Below are positions 1-8,788 of a stretch of DNA of 64,000 nt, one piece after another. Every line of letters begins with the position of its first letter. Within the stretch, counting starts at the first letter, position 1. The notes beneath the pieces were generated by a model, which had not been told where the DNA came from, ran no database searches, and saw only the letters and a program-made list of their open reading frames with translations. The translations under genes were made by a program, and so were the position numbers. Location: the NCBI GenBank assembly GCA_965238275.1, contig OZ250186.1, positions 736,001-800,000 on the forward strand, in the 5' to 3' direction. Source of the DNA: Nitrosopumilus sp. Lineage in GTDB: Archaea > Thermoproteota > Nitrososphaeria > Nitrososphaerales > Nitrosopumilaceae.

Positions 1-120
1 TATACGGGATGCATATCGTGATGCTGCTGCAGGGAATAACCACTGGCATGTGATCGATGCATTAAAGCCCAAAAAGGATATTCATGGAGAGATTCTTCAG
101 ATATTAGAGCGGGCCTGCAA

Positions 121-1350
121 ATGAAAAAGTATCTAGACATTATTGATCCGATTCATGGCTTTATTCAGGTATCCAAGTCCGAACTACCACTGGTTGACAG
201 TCCGCTCTTTCAGAGACTGAGACGGATAAAGCAGCTCTCCTGTGCATTTACCGTGTATCCCACGGCGCTTCACACGCGGTTTGAACACTCCCTGGGAGTC
301 ATGTATATCGCAGGCCAGGCAGGCCAGGCACTGTACGAAAAGGGAGCAATAAAGTCAGACGAGATCGACATTCTCCGGCTGGCAGGACTGCTCCATGACA
401 TAGGGCACGGGCCGTTCTCACACATATTTGAGGAGGTAAGTAGAACCCCAAAGACCACACACGAGGACTTTGGCAGGAGACTCATTCTGGAATCCGATAT
501 TGGCGACTCCCTGCAGAACAGCGGGTTTGACAAGAGGCTTGTCGCCGATGTTGCATTTTCCCGATCCCAATTCAAGTACCTCAACGAGATAATCTCAGGC
601 AGCCTCAGCGCCGACATGATGGACTATCTGCTCAGGGACAGCTACTTCACAGGCACCGAACATGCACGGATCGACTACAAGAGAATCACGCACTCCCTTG
701 ACGTACACCAGAGGCATCTGGCACTGGACCAGTCGGCGCTGTACTCCTTTGAATCCATGGTGTACTCCAGATACCAGATGTTCAAGGCAGTATACTTTCA
801 CAAGACTGTAAGGGCCGCTGAAGTCATGCTGATCGAGGCACTGAAACTCTCTGATGACGAGTTCGGATTCACCACGTTTGACCCCGATGAGTTCCTTGAC
901 CTGACTGACGAGCAGGCGCTGATCATGATTGCATCCTCCAAATCCCCAAATCTTGGCCGTGCCCGGAGAATCGTTGAGGACTTTAAAAACAGGAGGCTGA
1001 TCAAGTGCGTATTTGAGAGGATCCACACAGGCAGCACAGACACGGAGATGAACACCGATGACATCCGTGCAGAGATATCAAGGAGAACACAAATCGATGA
1101 GGACGAGATCTTTGTTGACAGCGCGGCTGCCTCCTCGTTACCCACCATGCCCTCAGACAGCATGCACCAGTCGATCCTGCTGATGACGCGCCGGGGAGAG
1201 CAGTCCTCCGGACGTGAGGTGCTGGTCTCAGACATGCCGATAGTCTCGGCCATCTCCGGCTACATGAACATACTCCGGGTCTATACATATCCACAGAACA
1301 GAAAAAAAGTTGAAATTGCAGCAGGCTCAATACTCAAGGATCTGAAATGA
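121..1350 (+). CDS. HD-domain phosphohydrolase (dNTP triphosphohydrolase/SAMHD1-like)
   Basis: [36 protein letters not shown] and DMMDYLLRD motifs. Confidence 0.9.
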   Translation: MKKYLDIIDPIHGFIQVSKSELPLVDSPLFQRLRRIKQLSCAFTVYPTALHTRFEHSLGVMYIAGQAGQALYEKGAIKSDEIDILRLAGLLHDIGHGPFSHIFEEVSRTPKTTHEDFGRRLILESDIGDSLQNSGFDKRLVADVAFSRSQFKYLNEIISGSLSADMMDYLLRDSYFTGTEHARIDYKRITHSLDVHQRHLALDQSALYSFESMVYSRYQMFKAVYFHKTVRAAEVMLIEALKLSDDEFGFTTFDPDEFLDLTDEQALIMIASSKSPNLGRARRIVEDFKNRRLIKCVFERIHTGSTDTEMNTDDIRAEISRRTQIDEDEIFVDSAAASSLPTMPSDSMHQSILLMTRRGEQSSGREVLVSDMPIVSAISGYMNILRVYTYPQNRKKVEIAAGSILKDLK

Positions 1351-2030
1351 AGAGGATTGTAATCAAACTGTCAGGACGAATCTTTGGCATGGACAACGTA
1401 AAGATGCTGGCAGACTATGCCGAGTTCCTGGTAAAGGTGAGCAAGGTATGCCAGCCCATCGTGGTTGCCGGAGGCGGAACCATCGCGCGCCACTACATAT
1501 CCCACGCCAGAGACTCCGGCGCAGACGAATCCAGTCTTGACGAGTTGGGCATCGAGATCTCGCGGCTCAATGCCAAGCTGCTGATATACGCCCTCAAGAA
1601 CAGGGCCTACCTGCATCCGCCTGTCACCCTGCAGGAGATTCGTCATGCAGTGGACGGGGGACTGATAGTAGTCACGGGGGGGCTGCACCCGGGCCAGAGC
1701 ACCAACGGGACTGCAGCACTGATCGCAGAGAAGGTTCAGGCCGAGCAGTTTCTCAACGCAACTGACGTAGACGGGGTGTACGACATGGATCCCCAAAAAT
1801 TCAAGAACGCAAAAAAGTTCAAGCGCATCGAGCTGAAGAACCTCAGGGCCATGCTGGTCCACGCGGACTCTGTCGCAGGAGGGTACGATCTGATGGACAT
1901 TCTTGCCCTGAAGATAATAGAGCGCTCCAGAATCAAGACGAGAATAATAAAGGCGGATCCGAAGATCATTGAAAGTGCCATCAAGGGCGCCGACGTGGGA
2001 ACCGAGGTTGTCCTGCCCTCATCATCCTGA
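1347..2030 (+). CDS. pyrH: Uridylate kinase, archaeal type
   Basis: [31 protein letters not shown]; ATGA overlap with upstream gene. Confidence 0.92.
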   Translation: MKRIVIKLSGRIFGMDNVKMLADYAEFLVKVSKVCQPIVVAGGGTIARHYISHARDSGADESSLDELGIEISRLNAKLLIYALKNRAYLHPPVTLQEIRHAVDGGLIVVTGGLHPGQSTNGTAALIAEKVQAEQFLNATDVDGVYDMDPQKFKNAKKFKRIELKNLRAMLVHADSVAGGYDLMDILALKIIERSRIKTRIIKADPKIIESAIKGADVGTEVVLPSSS

Positions 2031-2375
2031 ATCGTTCTGGACGGTACGTTTTGTCTCAGTCCAGATGCGGATCTCGCTTTTGGGATACTCTGGTATTCCG
2101 GATTGGCGCAGCTTCCCAAAGACTGACACGGCCTCGTCCCTTCCCATCGTCTTTGACTGCGCCTTTGTAAAGCCGTCACCGTCTACGATAATTGCCACGT
2201 AGCCGCCCTCAGATTCAATCACTGCCGTGTACTCCTCCTCCCCCACGGGCTCAAAACTCTGGCCGTTCTTCTTGGTAGTAAGTGTCAGCATGCCAAATCC
2301 GGCTGCCTTGAACATCTTCATCTGCGATCTGTTTGCCCTCTGTCTTCCCTGCTGAACCGCCTGAAAGTACTGCAT
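2022..2375 (-). CDS. Hypothetical protein (start moved to MQYFQAV)
   Basis: C-terminal 117 aa of track ORF 2022..2681; the upstream part overlaps the opposite-strand gene. Confidence 0.65.
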   Translation of the reverse strand: MQYFQAVQQGRQRANRSQMKMFKAAGFGMLTLTTKKNGQSFEPVGEEEYTAVIESEGGYVAIIVDGDGFTKAQSKTMGRDEAVSVFGKLRQSGIPEYPKSEIRIWTETKRTVQNDSG

Positions 2376-2424
2376 TACATCCTTTTGTTCCAATGGTATA
2401 ATAACTATCTCAACACAGTGCACA

Positions 2425-2979
2425 GTGATGGTCAATCCCAAGATCTTTGTGGGGGTAGCAGTTGCCGTACTTGCAGTCATACTCGGCGGCATTCTTCTAA
2501 CCGGACCGTCACTAATAGAGGCCCCCGGTACAGGCGGCGGCCCCCAGACACAACAGATACAGCCCCTCCAGGTCGAACTTGACGAGATCTCCGTGGCCAA
2601 GATCTCAGAGCGGACTGCCACAATCGACGTGGTATTTACAATCTCCAATCCCAACCCGCGCGCGGTACTAGTCCAGACCATGGACTATCAGCTCTATGAG
2701 ACAGGCTACTCAGAATCCGAGCAGATCTCAGGCGGCCAGATCGGAAGCAGGCCTGAGGGAATGGTGGAGTTTGGCTCCAACTTCTTTACCCTTCTTGGCG
2801 ACAACTCGATCATACTAAAGGACACCATCACGCTGAGAAACTCTGGAAACACGCCGCAGCTATGGGCCGATCTGCAGGACGATTCGGCCTCTTGGAGGAT
2901 CACCGGTACGGTATTTTACAATCTAAGCTCCATGACCAGCGGACAGGAGAACGAGGTTCACTTTGAGTTTGTCCGATAG
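2425..2979 (+). CDS. Membrane-anchored LEA/WHy-like protein
   Basis: N-terminal TM helix followed by FTISNPN motif typical of the LEA_2/WHy fold. Confidence 0.65.
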   Translation: MMVNPKIFVGVAVAVLAVILGGILLTGPSLIEAPGTGGGPQTQQIQPLQVELDEISVAKISERTATIDVVFTISNPNPRAVLVQTMDYQLYETGYSESEQISGGQIGSRPEGMVEFGSNFFTLLGDNSIILKDTITLRNSGNTPQLWADLQDDSASWRITGTVFYNLSSMTSGQENEVHFEFVR

Positions 2980-3069
2980 GTATCATAGAATGATAAAATT
3001 ATGATACTTTGTTTTTAAAAAAAATAAATTGGAAAAGTTATAAAAGCTCGTTAAGCCCTTTTTTATTAA

Positions 3070-3180
3070 ATGGCTGAAGCAGGTATGGCCGCCTTTGGCG
3101 CGGCAGCAGGAGTTGCAATTGCACTGGCAGTAGTGTGTTTTGCTCTTCGTGGAAAGGGACATCCCGAACCACTGGATTAA
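3070..3180 (+). CDS. 36-aa single-TM microprotein, below the ORF-track cutoff
   Basis: MAEAGMAAFGAAAGVAIALAVVCFALRGKGHPEPLD; GC-rich island in an AT-rich gap; TTATAAAA box about 30 nt upstream. Confidence 0.65.
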   Translation: MAEAGMAAFGAAAGVAIALAVVCFALRGKGHPEPLD

Positions 3181-3307
3181 ACAAAGGAACGCATCCTTTA
3201 CAATATTTTTCATTTATCAAGAGTTCAGCCTGTGGTGGGGTCTCTCACGGGCACGAATCTGCACGGGAATCATACGGGTTAGGATGCACGCCGTCTGCGG
3301 TCCTTGA

Positions 3308-3955
3308 CTAGTTCTTGTCGCCCAACCCAAGCATCTCTGCGATGGTTAACTGCTTGGTGTTCTTTCTCTTTGTAAAGCACCGCTCATAGTACTGGCATTC
3401 TGCACATCTGGTAGACGGCTCCAGAACCGGCACCTTCTGCTCCTTGAGGAGGCTGGCCAGCACGCGGATCCTCCTGACAGTCTCCTCGAACATCTTTTTG
3501 TTGCGCGTCAGCGAGAATGTGGTCTCCTTTCTGTCCCCGGTGATGTAGACTATGATGCCGTCGTACTTGTCGTATATCCACATGCATGCATTAAGGTACA
3601 GTATGTCGTCTGCCATCGGATTCTCCGGCTCGACTGTTGCTGACCTGAACAGCAGTATGGCATCATCTGCTATCATGTCTGCATGCCCCCTGAGCTTGAG
3701 ATCGTCTATTGCAAACTCCTTGACCTCGCTGCCGTACTGGAACTTCTTGAGCAGCCCTGAGACCAGCTCGTTGAACCCCCTAATCTCGATATCCAGAGGA
3801 TCCATCCTGTCATAGTACGAGCGCCTCAGACACTGGACTGCCTCCTTGAGGTGGATGGTCTTGATGTCCTTGGAGTCTATGTTGATCTCCAATTCCTTGC
3901 TTATGGATCCAATCGCACCACGTATTGTGGTCTGAAAATCCCTGTCGCCCATCAT
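3308..3955 (-). CDS. Solo Cas4/Dna2-like Fe-S PD-(D/E)xK-fold protein (no CRISPR nearby)
   Basis: N-terminal CLRRSYY and C-terminal CxxCxxxxxC (CAECQYYERC); GHAD motif. Confidence 0.75.
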   Translation of the reverse strand: MMGDRDFQTTIRGAIGSISKELEINIDSKDIKTIHLKEAVQCLRRSYYDRMDPLDIEIRGFNELVSGLLKKFQYGSEVKEFAIDDLKLRGHADMIADDAILLFRSATVEPENPMADDILYLNACMWIYDKYDGIIVYITGDRKETTFSLTRNKKMFEETVRRIRVLASLLKEQKVPVLEPSTRCAECQYYERCFTKRKNTKQLTIAEMLGLGDKN

Positions 3956-3987
3956 GATATATTACCCGTCTGAGTGTTCCTTATAAC

Positions 3988-4224
3988 CTATCTTACTATT
4001 CTGGCCACTGCCCTTGAGATTCTGTCTGAGAATGCCAGGGTCGCAAAATGGACCCCGAATCCGGCCACTGCCCCGACGACCAGCTGGTCTGTCCCAAGAT
4101 ATATTCCCAGAAATATTCCAAGCGGCGGGAGTGCGAATATCATCGCCATGAATGAGCTGCCCCAGATGGTACTGATCAGAGTCTCCGCGGTGGGACCGGT
4201 TCTCCTCCTCAGGCCAGACATCAC
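3988..4224 (-). CDS. Small two-TM membrane protein coupled to ATP synthase subunit C
   Basis: Two hydrophobic helices; start overlaps the stop of the upstream gene. Confidence 0.65.
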   Translation of the reverse strand: MMSGLRRRTGPTAETLISTIWGSSFMAMIFALPPLGIFLGIYLGTDQLVVGAVAGFGVHFATLAFSDRISRAVARIVR

Positions 4225-5258
4225 TCCTCCTGTAGGATCAGCTTTGACATTGTGGTTGCAGCTGGAATCTTCTGTTCCACTGCAAAGGCGACGGCTGCAA
4301 GATTCCTTACCTCAAATGCCGTCAGCCTGGTGATTCCCACTATGGTTGCAAAACTGAACATCTTTGTGAATGATCTCAGGCTGGTGCGGTAGATCTCCAT
4401 CTCAAAGGCTCTCTCAAATGCCGCCATCAGGTTCAGATCGCCTTCAATCTGTGGAACAAGACCCTTGTACTTGGTACCTGACAGTTCACCGAATGCATCC
4501 CTGATGGTAGCAGCCCCCATCATCCTGCCAAGCAGATCCCTTGCGTGCGGGCCGGTGGGAATTATCAGATCCTGGATCTGTTCTTCCTGCAACTCCCAGA
4601 ATTTTCCCCTTATCACGCTCTGTATGTTGTAAAAATCAATGTCCATTGCAACCAGCTTTACTGCCTCCTTGTCTGAATAGTTCTTCATTGCGCCTGCCAG
4701 ATACTGGTACAGCATCTTGTCAAAGTACGTGTCAAATATCTGGATGTTTCCCTTCTCGTTGTACAGTGCTGCAGCCTTTCCGATCTCCTCGCCAAACTGT
4801 GCCTGGCTCAGGCTTGCCACGGCCTCATCTACACTCTTTGCAGTCAGTGCCTTTACTATCACATCCCTCTGCTTGATAAGCTCCTCTGCGTGAAGGTTGA
4901 CATGTCGTTCGATCTCCTCCTGGGACTTTCCCAACACCTTCCCCTTGAGGATCATCTTCAGGTTTGATATGATAAATTTCATATAGTATGCATCCAAAAC
5001 CCCCGAGTCGCCTGACGTCTTTGCAATGGAGTGGTGGGTGTCGGCAAGCCTGCTTCTGAGGGCCGACTCGATGGCAATCGATGTGTACGGCTTTTGAAGG
5101 CCTGCAACCGCACCGGCATAGACTGTATTCTTGATCCTGGTAATCAGCTCCTCCAGGTTTCTTGATTCTGCAAGAACCTGAAAGTCTGCCCTTGTCAGAA
5201 GCTTGCCCCTCTTGCTGTATGCCTTTACGGACGCATAGACGTTCTTTGAGGAGCCCAT
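4221..5258 (-). CDS. atpC: A/V-type ATP synthase subunit C
   Basis: YASVKA..GKLL, ISNLKMILKGK, DFYNI..RGK, FEVRNL; start at MGSSKNV. Confidence 0.85.
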   Translation of the reverse strand: MGSSKNVYASVKAYSKRGKLLTRADFQVLAESRNLEELITRIKNTVYAGAVAGLQKPYTSIAIESALRSRLADTHHSIAKTSGDSGVLDAYYMKFIISNLKMILKGKVLGKSQEEIERHVNLHAEELIKQRDVIVKALTAKSVDEAVASLSQAQFGEEIGKAAALYNEKGNIQIFDTYFDKMLYQYLAGAMKNYSDKEAVKLVAMDIDFYNIQSVIRGKFWELQEEQIQDLIIPTGPHARDLLGRMMGAATIRDAFGELSGTKYKGLVPQIEGDLNLMAAFERAFEMEIYRTSLRSFTKMFSFATIVGITRLTAFEVRNLAAVAFAVEQKIPAATTMSKLILQEE

Positions 5259-5409
5259 TTCGATGAAACCTTTCTGAACTGCGGATTTTAATGTTTGGCG
5301 TTGGAATGGCACCATCCTATCCTGCAGGGAATACGGATCGCATCCTGCAGAGACGATCCCAATCCGGGCACCATCTTGGGCCCGGGCTTGTGGAACCGCA
5401 CACGCGGCA

Positions 5410-6075
5410 TCATGTAATCTTGTCCAGAAACCTGATGGCGTCCCTCTTCTCCTGTCTTGTGAGTCGCAGGAATGCCGACAGCATCTCCTTTTGGATCGTC
5501 AGTGAGTCATCTGAGATCTCCTTCAGCCTCGTCAGATCAAGGGGCAGCAGATCCTCGATCTCCCCGTTGCAAAACGCCCTGACATACATCTCAATTATTG
5601 AGTATGTAAAGTTGGGACTAACTCTCAGCATGCTGTATATGATTCCCTCAAACTCCCTCTCTCCGGACTCGGCCCCGGCAAAGAACTCTGTCAGGAGCTT
5701 CTCCCTGTTGCCAATCTCCCTTATTGCCACTGCTGCCAGAATTCCCCTTCTGGTCAGATGATAGTATGGAATTCCCTTCTCCTGAAGCACCCTGGGACCC
5801 CTGTTCAATGGAAGCCTGCCGTTCTCCTCTGCTATCCCAACAGGCAGCAGAACCTCGTCAAGATCGCGAAATATCCCCGAATAGATGTTCTTTGATGCAA
5901 CCCCGTGCCTCCTTGCAATGTTCTGGGAGATTCCCGTCCTGGTCCTCCCCGTGGGATTTGAATTCTCTGCAAGAATTGCAATAATGGCCCTCTGCCTGTC
6001 TGCCTCCCCTGTCCTGACGCCCCTCTTGGTCTTGAACGTGTTGAAGATCGCTAGTCTTGTGCCTGATGTCGTCAT
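5410..6075 (-). CDS. Putative winged-helix protein divergent from amt
   Basis: Helical region then YYHLTRRG wing-like motif; divergent promoter arrangement. Confidence 0.6.
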   Translation of the reverse strand: MTTSGTRLAIFNTFKTKRGVRTGEADRQRAIIAILAENSNPTGRTRTGISQNIARRHGVASKNIYSGIFRDLDEVLLPVGIAEENGRLPLNRGPRVLQEKGIPYYHLTRRGILAAVAIREIGNREKLLTEFFAGAESGEREFEGIIYSMLRVSPNFTYSIIEMYVRAFCNGEIEDLLPLDLTRLKEISDDSLTIQKEMLSAFLRLTRQEKRDAIRFLDKIT

Positions 6076-6111
6076 CGTCTGCTCACAGTGATTTAATTTT
6101 CATTTTTTATG

Positions 6112-6131
6112 TTAGTATCAATACATACTAA
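6112..6131. promoter_or_regulatory. Inverted repeat TTAGTAT-N6-ATACTAA in the amt/wHTH divergent promoter
   Basis: Perfect 7-bp arms seen directly in the intergenic region. Confidence 0.45.
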
Positions 6132-6204
6132 AATATAACAATTTACTTTTTTACAACTTTTCAAGTCTTGAATCTTTAAATAATTTTCAACGCTGGATAG
6201 TTTA

Positions 6205-7767
6205 ATGAATTCTAGGAACCACAAGTATGCTCTATTACTTGTGGCCGCAGTAGCCATGACAGCAACTGGCGCATTGTCACAAGCATATGCACAGAATGTT
6301 GAAGATGGTATGGACGGATATGTCAAGGGGACCAGTGGTATCTACACTGGAAACCCCAATGAATGCTGGTATGACGACGGCGAAGGAGGTATGCTCCCAT
6401 GTCTTATTGACACGGGTGATACTGCCTGGATGCTGACGGCAACATCACTGGTACTCTTCATGTCTCCGGGAGTCGGTTTCTTCTATGGCGGTCTTGCCAG
6501 ATCGAAGAACATCGTCAACGTACTTGGTATGACCCTGATAGTTATGGGCCTCATGTCAGTGCAATGGATTCTATGGGGGTACTCGCTGGCATTCGGCGCA
6601 ATTGATTCGGACGCAAACATGTTCATGGGCAATCTGGACTACGCAGGGTTTAACCTGGTATCGCCATACGCACCGTTAGGTGAGGTCGGGCCATGTCAGG
6701 ACACGTGGGCCGCAGCCTATCAGATGAACGAGTTCAAGGACGGGGACTATTGTAGCTTAAGCTGGCCGGGGACTGTTCCTCACCAGCTCTTTGCAATGTT
6801 CCAGGGAACCTTTGCAATCATCACACCAGTTCTCATAATTGGTGGTCTGATTGACAGAATCAAGTTCAGCGCAATAGTCATATTCATGCTCCTATGGGGA
6901 ACCTTCGTCTATGACCCAATAGCACACTGGGTCTGGGGAGGAGGCTACATAGGAGGAGGCTCATTAGACCTCAATCCAGACCTATCTCCATCGGGTGCGC
7001 TGGACTTTGCTGGTGGTACTGTCGTACACATATCTTCAGGATTTGCCGCTCTGGCAGGTGCCTTGGTACTTGGCAGAAGGCTCGGATATGGCAAGATTCC
7101 AATGGAACCACACAACATCCCACTCGTAGTCCTCGGCGCAGGAATACTATGGTTTGGCTGGTTTGGTTTCAACGTTGGAAGCGAGGTTCAGGTCGACGGA
7201 ATTGCAGTAAGTGCATGGACGGTTACAAACACCGCAACAGGCATGTCTGTAGTCACGTGGGTCCTGATGTCTTGGGCCCATACCGGAAAACCAAGCATTG
7301 TAGGAGCTGCGTCAGGGGCAGTAGCTGGACTGGTTGCGATTACACCCGCATCTGGTTGGGTTGGCCCGATGGCTGCAATCATTATCGGTATTGCAGCCGG
7401 CACCATCTGTTACTCGGGCATCGCATTCAAGAATGCCCGCAAATGGGATGACGCACTCGATGTGTGGGGAGTCCACGGATTGGGCGGCCTCACAGGTGCA
7501 ATTCTGACTGGTACCCTTGCAAGTCCGCACATCTGGGACACAGGCGATGGTATCGGTGCATGGACAGGCACTCCGGAAGGAATGGAGCAGCAGGCAATCA
7601 ACATTCTCGGTGCTGCAATATGTGTAGCATACGCCTTCAGCGTTACAATCGTAATTCTGAAGGTAATGGACGCAGTATGGCCTGGTGGAATCAGGGTCAC
7701 TCCAAAAGAAGAGGAGATCGGCCTCGATCTTGCACAGCACGGCGAAAGAGCATACGTCAACGAATAG
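6205..7767 (+). CDS. amt: Ammonium transporter (Amt family)
   Basis: GDTAWML, FFYGG, DFAGGTVVH, WFGWFGFN, DDALDVWGVHG, GLDLAQHGE. Confidence 0.97.
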   Translation: MNSRNHKYALLLVAAVAMTATGALSQAYAQNVEDGMDGYVKGTSGIYTGNPNECWYDDGEGGMLPCLIDTGDTAWMLTATSLVLFMSPGVGFFYGGLARSKNIVNVLGMTLIVMGLMSVQWILWGYSLAFGAIDSDANMFMGNLDYAGFNLVSPYAPLGEVGPCQDTWAAAYQMNEFKDGDYCSLSWPGTVPHQLFAMFQGTFAIITPVLIIGGLIDRIKFSAIVIFMLLWGTFVYDPIAHWVWGGGYIGGGSLDLNPDLSPSGALDFAGGTVVHISSGFAALAGALVLGRRLGYGKIPMEPHNIPLVVLGAGILWFGWFGFNVGSEVQVDGIAVSAWTVTNTATGMSVVTWVLMSWAHTGKPSIVGAASGAVAGLVAITPASGWVGPMAAIIIGIAAGTICYSGIAFKNARKWDDALDVWGVHGLGGLTGAILTGTLASPHIWDTGDGIGAWTGTPEGMEQQAINILGAAICVAYAFSVTIVILKVMDAVWPGGIRVTPKEEEIGLDLAQHGERAYVNE

Positions 7768-7842
7768 AAAATACACTTTTCTTTCCTTCTTTTTATTATT
7801 TGATGACAAAAAATTTAGGTGCATGCGGTTCCATCCTGACAC

Positions 7843-8613
7843 ATGCTGACATCCGTTGCGGAACTCTCCTCTATTATTGGGGACCCTGATCTTCTGGTAG
7901 TTGATGCCCGCTCGTTTGCCGAGTATTCGGCGGGTCACATTCCAGGAGCCGTAAACCTGGATCTGTTTGCGTTTCACTGGATTGATACCACCGCAGACGG
8001 AATCCGAAACTTTGGAAGGCAGGCAGCCGCCCTGTTCTCTGCTGCCGGAGCGGATGGACGGAAGGTCGTCCTTTATGACAACGCCTCCGGGATGCTGGCA
8101 GCCAGGGGACTCTGGATGCTCATGTATCTGTCACACCCTGATGCCGTGATGCTGGATGGCGGAATCACAAAATGGCGCAGGGAGGATCTCCGAATCGAGA
8201 CTGGAACAAACGGGTTCAGGCCATCCGGGTTCTCCGGAAGGGCGGACCGCAGCCTGATCATCGGCTTTGAGGAGATTCGCGACAACCTGGACTCTCTGGT
8301 GGTGGTTGATGCCCGCTCTCCAGGGGAATATGACGGGAGCGTAGTCCGGGCTGCCAGAGCGGGCCACATTCCTGCATCGCTTAATCTTGACTGGAACCTC
8401 AACCTGTCAGAGGACGGCACCTTCAAGGATCCGGACGACCTGTCCGTGCTGTATCGCATGCCAAGGGACTCCAAAATCGTGACATACTGCCACGGGGGCT
8501 ACAGGGCCGCGCACTCCTTTCTTGCCCTGAGGAGAGCGGGATTCAAAGATGTCCGGGTGTATCTTGGGTCATGGGGCGAGTGGGGAAACAATATGGATCT
8601 TCCAGTTGAATAG
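7843..8613 (+). CDS. Tandem-domain rhodanese/thiosulfate sulfurtransferase
   Basis: GHIPGA, YCHGGYRA active loop, YLGSWGEWG. Confidence 0.92.
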   Translation: MLTSVAELSSIIGDPDLLVVDARSFAEYSAGHIPGAVNLDLFAFHWIDTTADGIRNFGRQAAALFSAAGADGRKVVLYDNASGMLAARGLWMLMYLSHPDAVMLDGGITKWRREDLRIETGTNGFRPSGFSGRADRSLIIGFEEIRDNLDSLVVVDARSPGEYDGSVVRAARAGHIPASLNLDWNLNLSEDGTFKDPDDLSVLYRMPRDSKIVTYCHGGYRAAHSFLALRRAGFKDVRVYLGSWGEWGNNMDLPVE

Positions 8614-8788
8614 AGGCATGTACTCCGATCCTGGACATGAGACATAATCCGTAATAGGCAGTTTTGGGTCATTTCGTGCCTAGCATCTATTCCCACTTTG
8701 TGCCTAACGACTAATTACGGATTACGTCTATGGTAGATTCTGCAAATAATCGTGCCCGGCCCTGGTAGCAGAACACTCCGAGGGAATG

